DNA from: a virus
Length of the DNA: 64,000 nt
Virus record (IMG/VR): IMGVR_UViG_3300039353_001106
Reading direction: 5' to 3' (one strand)
Shown here: positions 57,668-64,000 of the stretch, one piece after another
How the letters are laid out: each line of letters begins with the position of its first letter
Position numbering within the stretch: the stretch's first letter is position 1
The notes under the pieces: model-generated
Database searches by the model: none
Seen by the model: only the letters and a program-made list of their open reading frames with translations
Told to the model about the DNA's origin: nothing
Position numbers and translations under genes: made by a program

Positions 57668-58076
57668 TTATTATTATTCTTTCTACGTTAATATTAGCTT
57701 TCTTTAAGAGTTCTATACCTCTTAGGTCTCTATATGTTTCTGAATAGTAAACCTTTTTAATTCCTGATTGTATTATAAGTTTCGAACAGTCGAAACAGGG
57801 TGCGGTGGTGGTATATAGTGTCGCCCCGCCACAGCCGATTGTTGATTGTGCAACTTTAGTTATAGCATTCGATTCGGCATGTAAGACTTCTGGTTTGGTA
57901 GTGTTATCATGTTCACAACAATTATTAAAACCATTTGGTGTACCGTTATAGCCAAAACTAATTACCTGTTTGTCTTTAACAATAATACACCCAACCTTTC
58001 TCCTTTCGGCATAGGATAGTTCTGCAAATTGATATGCAACTTTCATATATGTCTTTTTTATTTCTAGTCTTGGCAT
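57660..58076 (-). CDS. dCMP deaminase
   Basis: GYNGTP, HAESNAI, PCFDC. Confidence 0.93.
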   Translation of the reverse strand: MPRLEIKKTYMKVAYQFAELSYAERRKVGCIIVKDKQVISFGYNGTPNGFNNCCEHDNTTKPEVLHAESNAITKVAQSTIGCGGATLYTTTAPCFDCSKLIIQSGIKKVYYSETYRDLRGIELLKKANINVERIIIND

Positions 58077-58092
58077 ATTGTTTATATTAAAA

Positions 58093-58121
58093 AGGCTAAC
58101 TATAGATTATATAGGTAGCCT
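58093..58121 (-). terminator. Intrinsic terminator-like hairpin
   Basis: AGGCTACCTATA-TAATC-TATAGTTAGCCT (12-bp stem, one non-Watson-Crick position) followed by a T run on the minus strand. Confidence 0.6.
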
Positions 58122-58134
58122 CTTAATTTGTTTA
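58106..58134 (-). promoter_or_regulatory. Early/middle-type promoter TAAACAAATT-N11-TATATAAT overlapping the terminator
   Basis: Third copy of the bipartite motif, upstream of dCMP deaminase and helicase. Confidence 0.55.
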
Positions 58135-58145
58135 AGTTTTTTAGA

Positions 58146-58301
58146 TTATTTTTTAAATGCTAAAAAGAATTCTCTAGCACCAAATCCTGCCGCAAAAAAG
58201 GCATAATTGGTACTTCCATTAATAAATAGTGCTATTGCGATTCCTCCACAACAAGCGGCCTTAAACCATGATTTATTAACAATGTCTATTACTTTATTCA
58301 T
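58146..58301 (-). CDS. Small membrane protein (51 aa)
   Basis: Not in track; MNKVIDIVNKSWFKAACCGGIAIALFINGSTNYAFFAAGFGAREFFLAFKK fills the gap exactly. Confidence 0.7.
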   Translation of the reverse strand: MNKVIDIVNKSWFKAACCGGIAIALFINGSTNYAFFAAGFGAREFFLAFKK

Positions 58302-58314
58302 AATTAAGTTTTTT

Positions 58315-58893
58315 TTATTTTAAAGGTTCAGCAATAACTGCCCCTTCAGGTGATGCTGATCCACCAATTGTAGGTTTTTGAAGATGTTGTTCATCTCCTC
58401 CAAAAGATTCGCACATCTCGTCAATTTTCTTAATATATGCTTCTTTAATATCTGAACAGGCTGCTTCATAAGCCTCTTTAGTGTACGATTCATCAATTGA
58501 TTTACAAGATTCAAGTGCTGAACATAGCATTTTTGCGTTCATTGACGCGTTTTCTTTCATATATGATTCAACAGTATGTTCATCATATTCGTCAGCCTCG
58601 TATGTTTTAGCTTCACTTTCAACAGCCTCTTTCATATTCTCATACATTTCAGCAACTGTTTTTGGTTCTTCTTCAACAACCTCTTCTTCAGATTCTTCTA
58701 CCTCTTCAGTATTCTCAACCTCTTCGGTGTTTTCTACTTCTTCAGTATCTGTATATAATTCAGTAGAATCTGTAGGTGTATTGTCAGTTGACGTTGTACT
58801 TGTAGGTGTATCAACTGTAGCGGTACTTGTAGCATTCGCCGTAGCGTTATTACTAGAGTACTCTTCAAATGATAAAATTTTATTAGTATCCAT
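58315..58893 (-). CDS. Acidic low-complexity protein, putative prohead core/internal protein
   Basis: Leader KILSFEEY, Thr-rich linker, EEVENT repeats, late motif upstream. Confidence 0.55.
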   Translation of the reverse strand: MDTNKILSFEEYSSNNATANATSTATVDTPTSTTSTDNTPTDSTELYTDTEEVENTEEVENTEEVEESEEEVVEEEPKTVAEMYENMKEAVESEAKTYEADEYDEHTVESYMKENASMNAKMLCSALESCKSIDESYTKEAYEAACSDIKEAYIKKIDEMCESFGGDEQHLQKPTIGGSASPEGAVIAEPLK

Positions 58894-58920
58894 TTCTTTT
58901 AATTTTTTTATGGGTTATAT

Positions 58921-58928
58921 TATATATC
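58921..58928 (-). promoter_or_regulatory. Late-promoter-like motif GATATATA
   Basis: 27 nt upstream of ATG at 58893. Confidence 0.6.
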
Positions 58929-58948
58929 ATTATATTATTATAATATTT

Positions 58949-59893
58949 TTAAACGCATGAAAATGCCTCTAGCGCAACCCTATCAAACATATCCTTTTTA
59001 TATTTAAGAACTGCCAGTTCTTTGGCCTTTGCTTCCAATTCTACGTCAACTTCATATCCAAATGTAGGGATAGGTTCATAAATATAATCAGCATGTGCAC
59101 GATTCATAACACTGGAGTCTTCATGTAGTTTTCTACAAGAACTGTAATGTGTACATTGTCTGATTCCTTCAGGCCATGTAGATCTGGCAAGTTCAAATGC
59201 TTCTTGTACTGGCATTGGGTCTTCATAACACCAGTGGTGGTGATAGTCGAACATTACTGGACAGCCAATAATATCACTAACACCTTCTTTAAGGTCTTTT
59301 ACAGAGTATTGCGCTTTTTTATCGTCGTTTTCGACAACAAGTCTACTTTTAACAGATTCGTCAAGAGTAGGAAATATTTTACAAAATCTTTGCATCGCAT
59401 CCTCTTTACCGCCCTGTGCTGTGTTTACATGTATATTAATTGGTGACCAATGATTTCTTGGTAAACCAATAATGTCCATGATTTCACCATGTTGATTTAA
59501 TTCTTTAATAGAATTCGTAACAACTCTAGGGTTTAAACTGGCTAGTACACAGAATGCACCTGGATGAAACGTAAGTCTGTGGTTGTGTTTCTTTACAAAG
59601 TGACCTATTCCTTCTAACAGGGTTTTAATTCTATGATATGTTGGAAGGTCTTTAAGTTCGTATTCACTCATCCATGGAAACATATTACCCGATAAACGAT
59701 AGAGTCTAATATCATTTGCTTCATTCCATTTAATAATATCAACAAGGTCTCTAATATTTTGAAGAGCCAATTCTCCAGAACGTTCAATTCCATGTTCTTG
59801 AAATGTTTTCTTTTTAATATTTCTAGTTACTCTTATGCCTTTATCAGCAGAGAGTGTTCTGTTTATACAACAATATCCGTATCTTACTTTCAT
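58949..59893 (-). CDS. uvsE: UV damage endonuclease UvsE/UvdE
   Basis: RYGYCCIN, LYRLSGNMFP, TFHPG..CVLAS, NIHV, LVVENDD, FDYHHH, HADYI, ELEAKAKE. Confidence 0.93.
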   Translation of the reverse strand: MKVRYGYCCINRTLSADKGIRVTRNIKKKTFQEHGIERSGELALQNIRDLVDIIKWNEANDIRLYRLSGNMFPWMSEYELKDLPTYHRIKTLLEGIGHFVKKHNHRLTFHPGAFCVLASLNPRVVTNSIKELNQHGEIMDIIGLPRNHWSPINIHVNTAQGGKEDAMQRFCKIFPTLDESVKSRLVVENDDKKAQYSVKDLKEGVSDIIGCPVMFDYHHHWCYEDPMPVQEAFELARSTWPEGIRQCTHYSSCRKLHEDSSVMNRAHADYIYEPIPTFGYEVDVELEAKAKELAVLKYKKDMFDRVALEAFSCV

Positions 59894-60093
59894 TTTGTGT
59901 GATGTTTAATTGCTACAACCGCTATAAATATAATAGCAAGTGGCCATAACAGGGTTGTTAAAATTTTTGTAAATAAATCGAATCGCATAGCATCTGTGTT
60001 TTCGATATCGTGTTTTTCGAAATAGTCTACTAATAGGTCCATTAGTAAATTAAAGAATATTCCAATAGATAAATATGCCAATATCCAATTCAT
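59890..60093 (-). CDS. Small two-TM membrane protein
   Basis: Two hydrophobic helices; LLWP motif. Confidence 0.7.
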   Translation of the reverse strand: MNWILAYLSIGIFFNLLMDLLVDYFEKHDIENTDAMRFDLFTKILTTLLWPLAIIFIAVVAIKHHTK

Positions 60094-60389
60094 TCGAAAG
60101 ATAATCTTTTAGCGTTAACAAACTTTCTTTTTTGTTCTAGTGTTTTTACAACATGTCTAAGTCTTTCTTCTATACGCTTTATTTCTTTAGCTTCTTCACC
60201 TTTAGGGTTTCTTTCTAGATGGTCTTTAAGTCTTTGTTGACCTTCTTTTAAAGAACCTTTTCTTCTAAATCTTTTTTCTAAAGATTGAATATATTTTAAT
60301 TTTTTATCTTTAAGTTCTTCTACGTTTTTTTCCATTTCTTCCATGACACGGTATTCATGGGTTAGATACTTAATATCACTTTCTTTCAT
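60090..60389 (-). CDS. Hypothetical basic coiled-coil protein
   Basis: Likely start MKESDIK at 60389 (track 60440). Confidence 0.65.
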   Translation of the reverse strand: MKESDIKYLTHEYRVMEEMEKNVEELKDKKLKYIQSLEKRFRRKGSLKEGQQRLKDHLERNPKGEEAKEIKRIEERLRHVVKTLEQKRKFVNAKRLSFE

Positions 60390-60591
60390 TATCTTCTTGT
60401 TTTTTAGGTAATTTAATGTCTCTAAATACACAGTCTCCAAACCACTTTAAGTAAATTCCCTGAAGCCATGTTATTTCATTAGCCTCTGGAAAAAGTTCTG
60501 GTATTGTTTGATTATATGTTAACATAACTGCAATTCCAAAAATGGCAGAAGCAGCTAAAAAGGATAAAAATCCATAAATAAAGTTTTTCAT
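60376..60591 (-). CDS. Small membrane protein (71 aa)
   Basis: N-terminal TM helix; LFPE...ITWLQG motif. Confidence 0.7.
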   Translation of the reverse strand: MKNFIYGFLSFLAASAIFGIAVMLTYNQTIPELFPEANEITWLQGIYLKWFGDCVFRDIKLPKKQEDNERK

Positions 60592-60812
60592 ATTGTATTA
60601 TATTTATTAAGTTTGTATTTGTTTCTATATTCTTCAATAAAAGAAGAACCTACACCAACCTCATCTAAAATATACTCATTGGGTATTAGTGGTTTTCTTT
60701 TTTCCATAATAATATCATCTACTTTAATGTCATTAAATACGGTCATATATCTTTTTTTAGATCTAGTTGATTTTCTATAAACAACTACTATTTGTGGTTT
60801 TGGTTCTGGCAT
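60588..60812 (-). CDS. Hypothetical protein (74 aa)
   Basis: First gene downstream of 38-bp repeat copy 2. Confidence 0.7.
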   Translation of the reverse strand: MPEPKPQIVVVYRKSTRSKKRYMTVFNDIKVDDIIMEKRKPLIPNEYILDEVGVGSSFIEEYRNKYKLNKYNTI

Positions 60813-60826
60813 ATTACTTTGTTTTA

Positions 60827-60864
60827 TTAAATATAATCATTTAAAACGACATAAAAAAATCTGG
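60827..60864 (-). repeat. 38-bp exact repeat copy 2, probable promoter
   Basis: Identical to 15067-15104; ends 14 nt upstream of ATG at 60812. Confidence 0.75.
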
Positions 60865-60870
60865 AGTGAT

Positions 60871-61212
60871 TTATTTCCAAAATAACTGAATTAATATTAA
60901 TACTAAAGCCAATAATAGACTCACTGCAGTTTTCAAATTAATACCTTCACTCAAATGAGCCCATGTTAAAATAGCAAATATAAGAGTTCCTATAGCAAAC
61001 CCAATAAATCTACCAGGCCATAACACTCCAAAATGTGCTTGAACATATTTAGTCCCCATTATGAACATGTATGTTGTAAAACTTCCGAAAATTAATGCGA
61101 TTAACATAGGATATTTTCTGGTCCATGGCCAAATAAATTGACTATTTGTTTGGTACCAAACCAGTAGTTGTGCTCCAAAATATAATAAACATCCTATTAA
61201 TAAATTTCTCAA
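60871..61212 (-). CDS. Four-TM small membrane protein (SMR/DMT-like size and topology)
   Basis: Four hydrophobic segments; EGINLK before the last helix. Confidence 0.55.
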   Translation of the reverse strand: MRNLLIGCLLYFGAQLLVWYQTNSQFIWPWTRKYPMLIALIFGSFTTYMFIMGTKYVQAHFGVLWPGRFIGFAIGTLIFAILTWAHLSEGINLKTAVSLLLALVLILIQLFWK

Positions 61213-61838
61213 AACAGACTTTCAGTTTTTGTCATCATGTGACTTATGAAACTTGCCCTATGATTTTCAGTAGGTCCTAATTCTTTAATTGCTTTTATAT
61301 GAGATGCGGTACCATAGCCTTTATTTGAATTCCAGCCATACGGTTCATTACCTTCATTTAAGACTTTCATTATTCTATCTCTTCCTGTTTTAGCAAGAAT
61401 AGAAGCTGCAGCTATTGAAGTATATTTGTTATCTCCTCCTGTAATAGTTTGGAATGGAACTCCATTAAACCCTTTAAACTGATCTCCATCAACAAGTATA
61501 AAATCAAATTTAAAATTATTATCAATTGTATATAAACACTGTTTCATTCCCTCCATTGTGGCTCTTAAAATATTCATCTCTTCTATTTTATCAACACCAA
61601 TCGCGACGGTTGTATGTGCAATTGCATGTGTTAATACAAGTTCTCTAGCCTCTTGTCTTTGCTTCTCATTTAAGAGTTTACTATCTTTAATTAAAGGGTG
61701 ATTAAAATCTTTTGGCATTATAACAGCCGAAGTAACAACTGGGCCTGCTAATGCTCCGCGACCAGCTTCATCTAAACCTACTTCTATAAGGTTTTCATTT
61801 AAAAAAGTTTTTAATCTAATGTGTTTTTTCTCATTCAT
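61209..61838 (-). CDS. rnhB: Ribonuclease HII
   Basis: GLDEAGRG.LAGPV, IKDSK.L, LVDG, IAAASILAKT.RD, NKGYGT..H, HRASF; likely start 61838 (track 61913). Confidence 0.93.
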   Translation of the reverse strand: MNEKKHIRLKTFLNENLIEVGLDEAGRGALAGPVVTSAVIMPKDFNHPLIKDSKLLNEKQRQEARELVLTHAIAHTTVAIGVDKIEEMNILRATMEGMKQCLYTIDNNFKFDFILVDGDQFKGFNGVPFQTITGGDNKYTSIAAASILAKTGRDRIMKVLNEGNEPYGWNSNKGYGTASHIKAIKELGPTENHRASFISHMMTKTESLF

Positions 61839-61869
61839 ATAGTTATTATATGAAAAAATATAGAAAAGT

Positions 61870-62565
61870 TTATTTTTCGTTGCTTCTTTTCCAAGCGTCG
61901 TATTTTTTGACAATATCTTTTAAAATTTTAGCACGGACAATATCTTCTTCTGTGAATAGGTGAATTCCCACGCCTTTTACATTTTCTATTAATTCTATAA
62001 ATTTAGGTAGACTAACTTTGCTTTTTTGTATGTCATATTGATTAATATCTCCGGCTACAACGCATTTAGAATTTTTACCCATTCGAGTTACAAATAACAT
62101 AAGTGCTTTCATTTCTGCGTTTTGTGCCTCATCAAGAATCATAAGAGAATCATCATAAGTATCTCCTCTCATATATGCTAGAGGTTCGAATGTAATAAGA
62201 TTCTTTTCAAACATAAGTTCTGTCTTTTCATGTCCTATGATTTTTTCTATATTTGATTTATAAGATTTAAGGTAAGGTGCAACTTTGTCATCAACATCTC
62301 CTGGAATAAACCCTAAACTTCTTCCACTGTCTTCTAATGGTTTACATAAAACAATTTTTTGAATATCGCCAGCTGCGAACATTTTAAGTCCTATATAACA
62401 TGCTGTAAAGGTTTTTGAAGTTCCAGCAGGTCCATGACAAAAGATAATTTGGTTTTCATTTACATTCCTTACATAAGCCTTTTGTGATTGTCTTAATTGT
62501 ATTAATTTAAGAGAATTACTTATGTGGTTTTTTAGAGAAACCCCTCTTTTGTTATTTTCTGCCAT
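61870..62565 (-). CDS. phoH: PhoH-family ATPase
   Basis: GPAGTSKT, LGFIPG, PLAYMRG, ILDEAQN, GDINQYD. Confidence 0.92.
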   Translation of the reverse strand: MAENNKRGVSLKNHISNSLKLIQLRQSQKAYVRNVNENQIIFCHGPAGTSKTFTACYIGLKMFAAGDIQKIVLCKPLEDSGRSLGFIPGDVDDKVAPYLKSYKSNIEKIIGHEKTELMFEKNLITFEPLAYMRGDTYDDSLMILDEAQNAEMKALMLFVTRMGKNSKCVVAGDINQYDIQKSKVSLPKFIELIENVKGVGIHLFTEEDIVRAKILKDIVKKYDAWKRSNEK

Positions 62566-62578
62566 TCATTATAGTTTT

Positions 62579-62839
62579 TTAGTCTCCTGCCATTATGACA
62601 AGTTCTCTGAGTTCTTGAAGTGTAGAACATTTTTCGTACTCTTCACATTCTGTAAAGTGATTAATTAAAAGGTCAATGTATTTAGATCTTTGTCCTATTC
62701 CATGAGGGAGCTCTATATTTTGTGAACCTTCTTTGTAAACAATAAACCTATTTACAGTTTTTGTAAAATTTTTTGTAAGAATTTCAAAGGAGGTTCTCAT
62801 TAGAGAATCTTTATTTTCGCTTGAGTAATGCAATTCCAT
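62579..62839 (-). CDS. Hypothetical protein with UVR-like C-terminal helix (EEYEKC)
   Basis: LINHFTECEEYEKCSTLQEL. Confidence 0.65.
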   Translation of the reverse strand: MELHYSSENKDSLMRTSFEILTKNFTKTVNRFIVYKEGSQNIELPHGIGQRSKYIDLLINHFTECEEYEKCSTLQELRELVIMAGD

Positions 62840-62929
62840 TCTTATTAAACTTTTTAATTTAGTTTATATATTTAAGTTTGCTTACTGATGGTGTATTCTG
62901 GAGCAAGTTTATTATATTAAGATATTATA

Positions 62930-63115
62930 CTAATTTTTATCTCCAAACTTGTTTTGAACGTATTTAGCCTTACCTATCTCAGCTCTTCTTTTAACAGACT
63001 TTTTGGTAAAGTATTTTTTTTCGTTTAATTTTCTATTTTGCTTTGTTCTTATAACCTTACCTTTGAGTTGCTTAAGAGCCCTCTCTATATTCTTCGTATC
63101 TTTTATTATTAACAT
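62930..63115 (-). CDS. rpsU: Ribosomal protein bS21, Bacteroidota type
   Basis: MLII..KNIERALK..K.K.......FTKKSVKRRAEI.KA.Y matches the Bacteroidota bS21 pattern; 61 aa, very basic. Confidence 0.9.
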   Translation of the reverse strand: MLIIKDTKNIERALKQLKGKVIRTKQNRKLNEKKYFTKKSVKRRAEIGKAKYVQNKFGDKN

Positions 63116-63369
63116 AGTTTATTTATCAATTTTTTTATTTCACTACATTTCTCGTATTCTTCTGTTAAAGTATACCAATTTAATAAAGATTCAAGAGCTT
63201 TTATTTTTAATTTTTTAGGAAACTCTCCATATAGGGCATAACTAGGGTCTTTCATTATAGCCTTATAAACCGTATCATATATATGACCAGGGTGTATTTC
63301 TTTATTTAACAACATATTAAAAAAATCTTCATAATCATTATAACCACTATAAATATTATCTTCCACCAC
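63109..63369 (-). CDS. Hypothetical protein with UVR-like C-terminal helix (EEYEKC)
   Basis: LLNWYTLTEEYEKCSEIKKL. Confidence 0.65.
   Translation of the reverse strand: MVEDNIYSGYNDYEDFFNMLLNKEIHPGHIYDTVYKAIMKDPSYALYGEFPKKLKIKALESLLNWYTLTEEYEKCSEIKKLINKLC
63120..63127 (-). promoter_or_regulatory. Late-promoter-like motif GATAAATA
   Basis: GATAAATA-AACT-ATG of bS21, embedded in the upstream gene's 3' end. Confidence 0.6.
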
Positions 63370-64000
63370 TATCCTTTATTTTTTCTACAAAACTTAATTG
63401 TTTTTCATTTAACTTAGGATATTTAGCTATCAATTTAACCATTAAATTTCCCTTGTCATTTGTATTATATATCGGAAAACCTTTGTTAACTATTCTTAAC
63501 ACCTTATTTGGAAAAGAATTTCTAGGAATTTTCACAACTATATTTCCTTCAGGGGTTTCTACTTCTATCTTACAACCTGTCATAATATCATACCAATCAA
63601 TAGACCACTCTATCCATAGGTCACTTCCCTGTATAATATAATTATGATTGTGTAAAACTGTAACATATATTACAACATCACCTCTAGGGGCTTCTGAGTT
63701 ATATCGGTTATATCCTCCTTTTCCTGTTATTCTAAACTGTTGACCTGTTCTAAGACCTTGTTTAAAATTCATAGCAATTCTCTCACCATTAACACTAAAT
63801 TCTTTTCTACAACCAAAGTATGCCTCTTCAAAAGATACAGTTAAGTCTAATCTAAAGTCATCTCCCTTTTTATTTCTTACATCTCCTTTTTTACCAAAAA
63901 ACTGTTCAAACATATCTCCAAATGCTCCGTCTCCAAATGGGTTTTTTCCACCAAAGGGGTTTCCTCCCATAGGGTTACCATCAGCACTTCCAAACCGGTC
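63356..64000 (-). CDS. dnaJ: DnaJ/CbpA-type co-chaperone (partial, J domain beyond window end)
   Basis: In-frame DRFG (end of J domain) at the window edge, G/F-rich linker, DnaJ C-terminal domain, no Zn finger. Confidence 0.88.
   Translation of the reverse strand, partial: DRFGSADGNPMGGNPFGGKNPFGDGAFGDMFEQFFGKKGDVRNKKGDDFRLDLTVSFEEAYFGCRKEFSVNGERIAMNFKQGLRTGQQFRITGKGGYNRYNSEAPRGDVVIYVTVLHNHNYIIQGSDLWIEWSIDWYDIMTGCKIEVETPEGNIVVKIPRNSFPNKVLRIVNKGFPIYNTNDKGNLMVKLIAKYPKLNEKQLSFVEKIKDSGGR

Noticed and set aside
61790-61838. LKTFLNE in RNase HII as a capsid-targeting leader
   Set aside because: It matches the native N-terminus of Bacteroidota RNase HII (roughly L..YLN.NLIEAG.DEAGRG), and no late motif precedes it.
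62840-62929. TTGCT...AGCAA inverted repeat downstream of bS21
   Set aside because: Five-bp stem with a long unpaired interior; no more than expected by chance.
539-63641. All plus-strand ORFs in the track and short nested minus-strand ORFs (e.g. 9795-9989, 35753-35947, 52854-53120, 55412-55705, 58320-58514)
   Set aside because: They are antisense or off-frame shadows of longer genes with recognisable motifs; Ser/Leu/Phe-rich composition is typical of shadows.
1-64000. Stop-codon reassignment as in some Bacteroidota megaphages
   Set aside because: ORFs up to 1617 aa are intact under the standard code and tile the window; TAG acts as a normal stop at 16223.
1-64000. Transposases, integrases, homing endonucleases, additional tRNAs
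   Set aside because: No recognisable motifs, and intergenic gaps other than 14410-15174 are too short; an automated scan could still find divergent cases.

Overview
A 64-kb, roughly 70% AT segment of a large T4-like (myovirus, probably jumbo) phage genome. Every credible gene is on the minus strand. The host is most likely Bacteroidota/Flavobacteriales, judged from Bacteroidota-type bS21, bS1 and RNase HII N-termini and A-rich, essentially SD-less start regions. In coordinate order: (i) 1-10.2 kb, a block of putative internal-head proteins with T4-like capsid-targeting leaders and prohead-protease sites, including two ATP-dependent ligase-fold paralogs (one fused to a HIGH-motif nucleotidyltransferase) and a PD-(D/E)xK-like protein; (ii) UvsW, UvsY, primase and gp32; (iii) a ~760-bp region without long ORFs holding a tRNA-like RNA with a 63-nt structured insert in place of the anticodon loop, flanked by other structured elements; (iv) a RuvC-like resolvase; (v) 16-53 kb tail, fibre, baseplate and neck genes with an amidoligase and a four-domain ribosomal protein S1 homolog embedded; (vi) accessory genes: DinG-like helicase, dCMP deaminase, UvsE, small membrane proteins, RNase HII, PhoH, bS21 and a partial DnaJ. 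A GATAWATA late-promoter-like motif sits just upstream of 15 starts, five with exactly 4 nt to the ATG. No CRISPR array, transposon or stop-codon recoding was seen. All protein assignments come from motif recognition by eye, not database searches.
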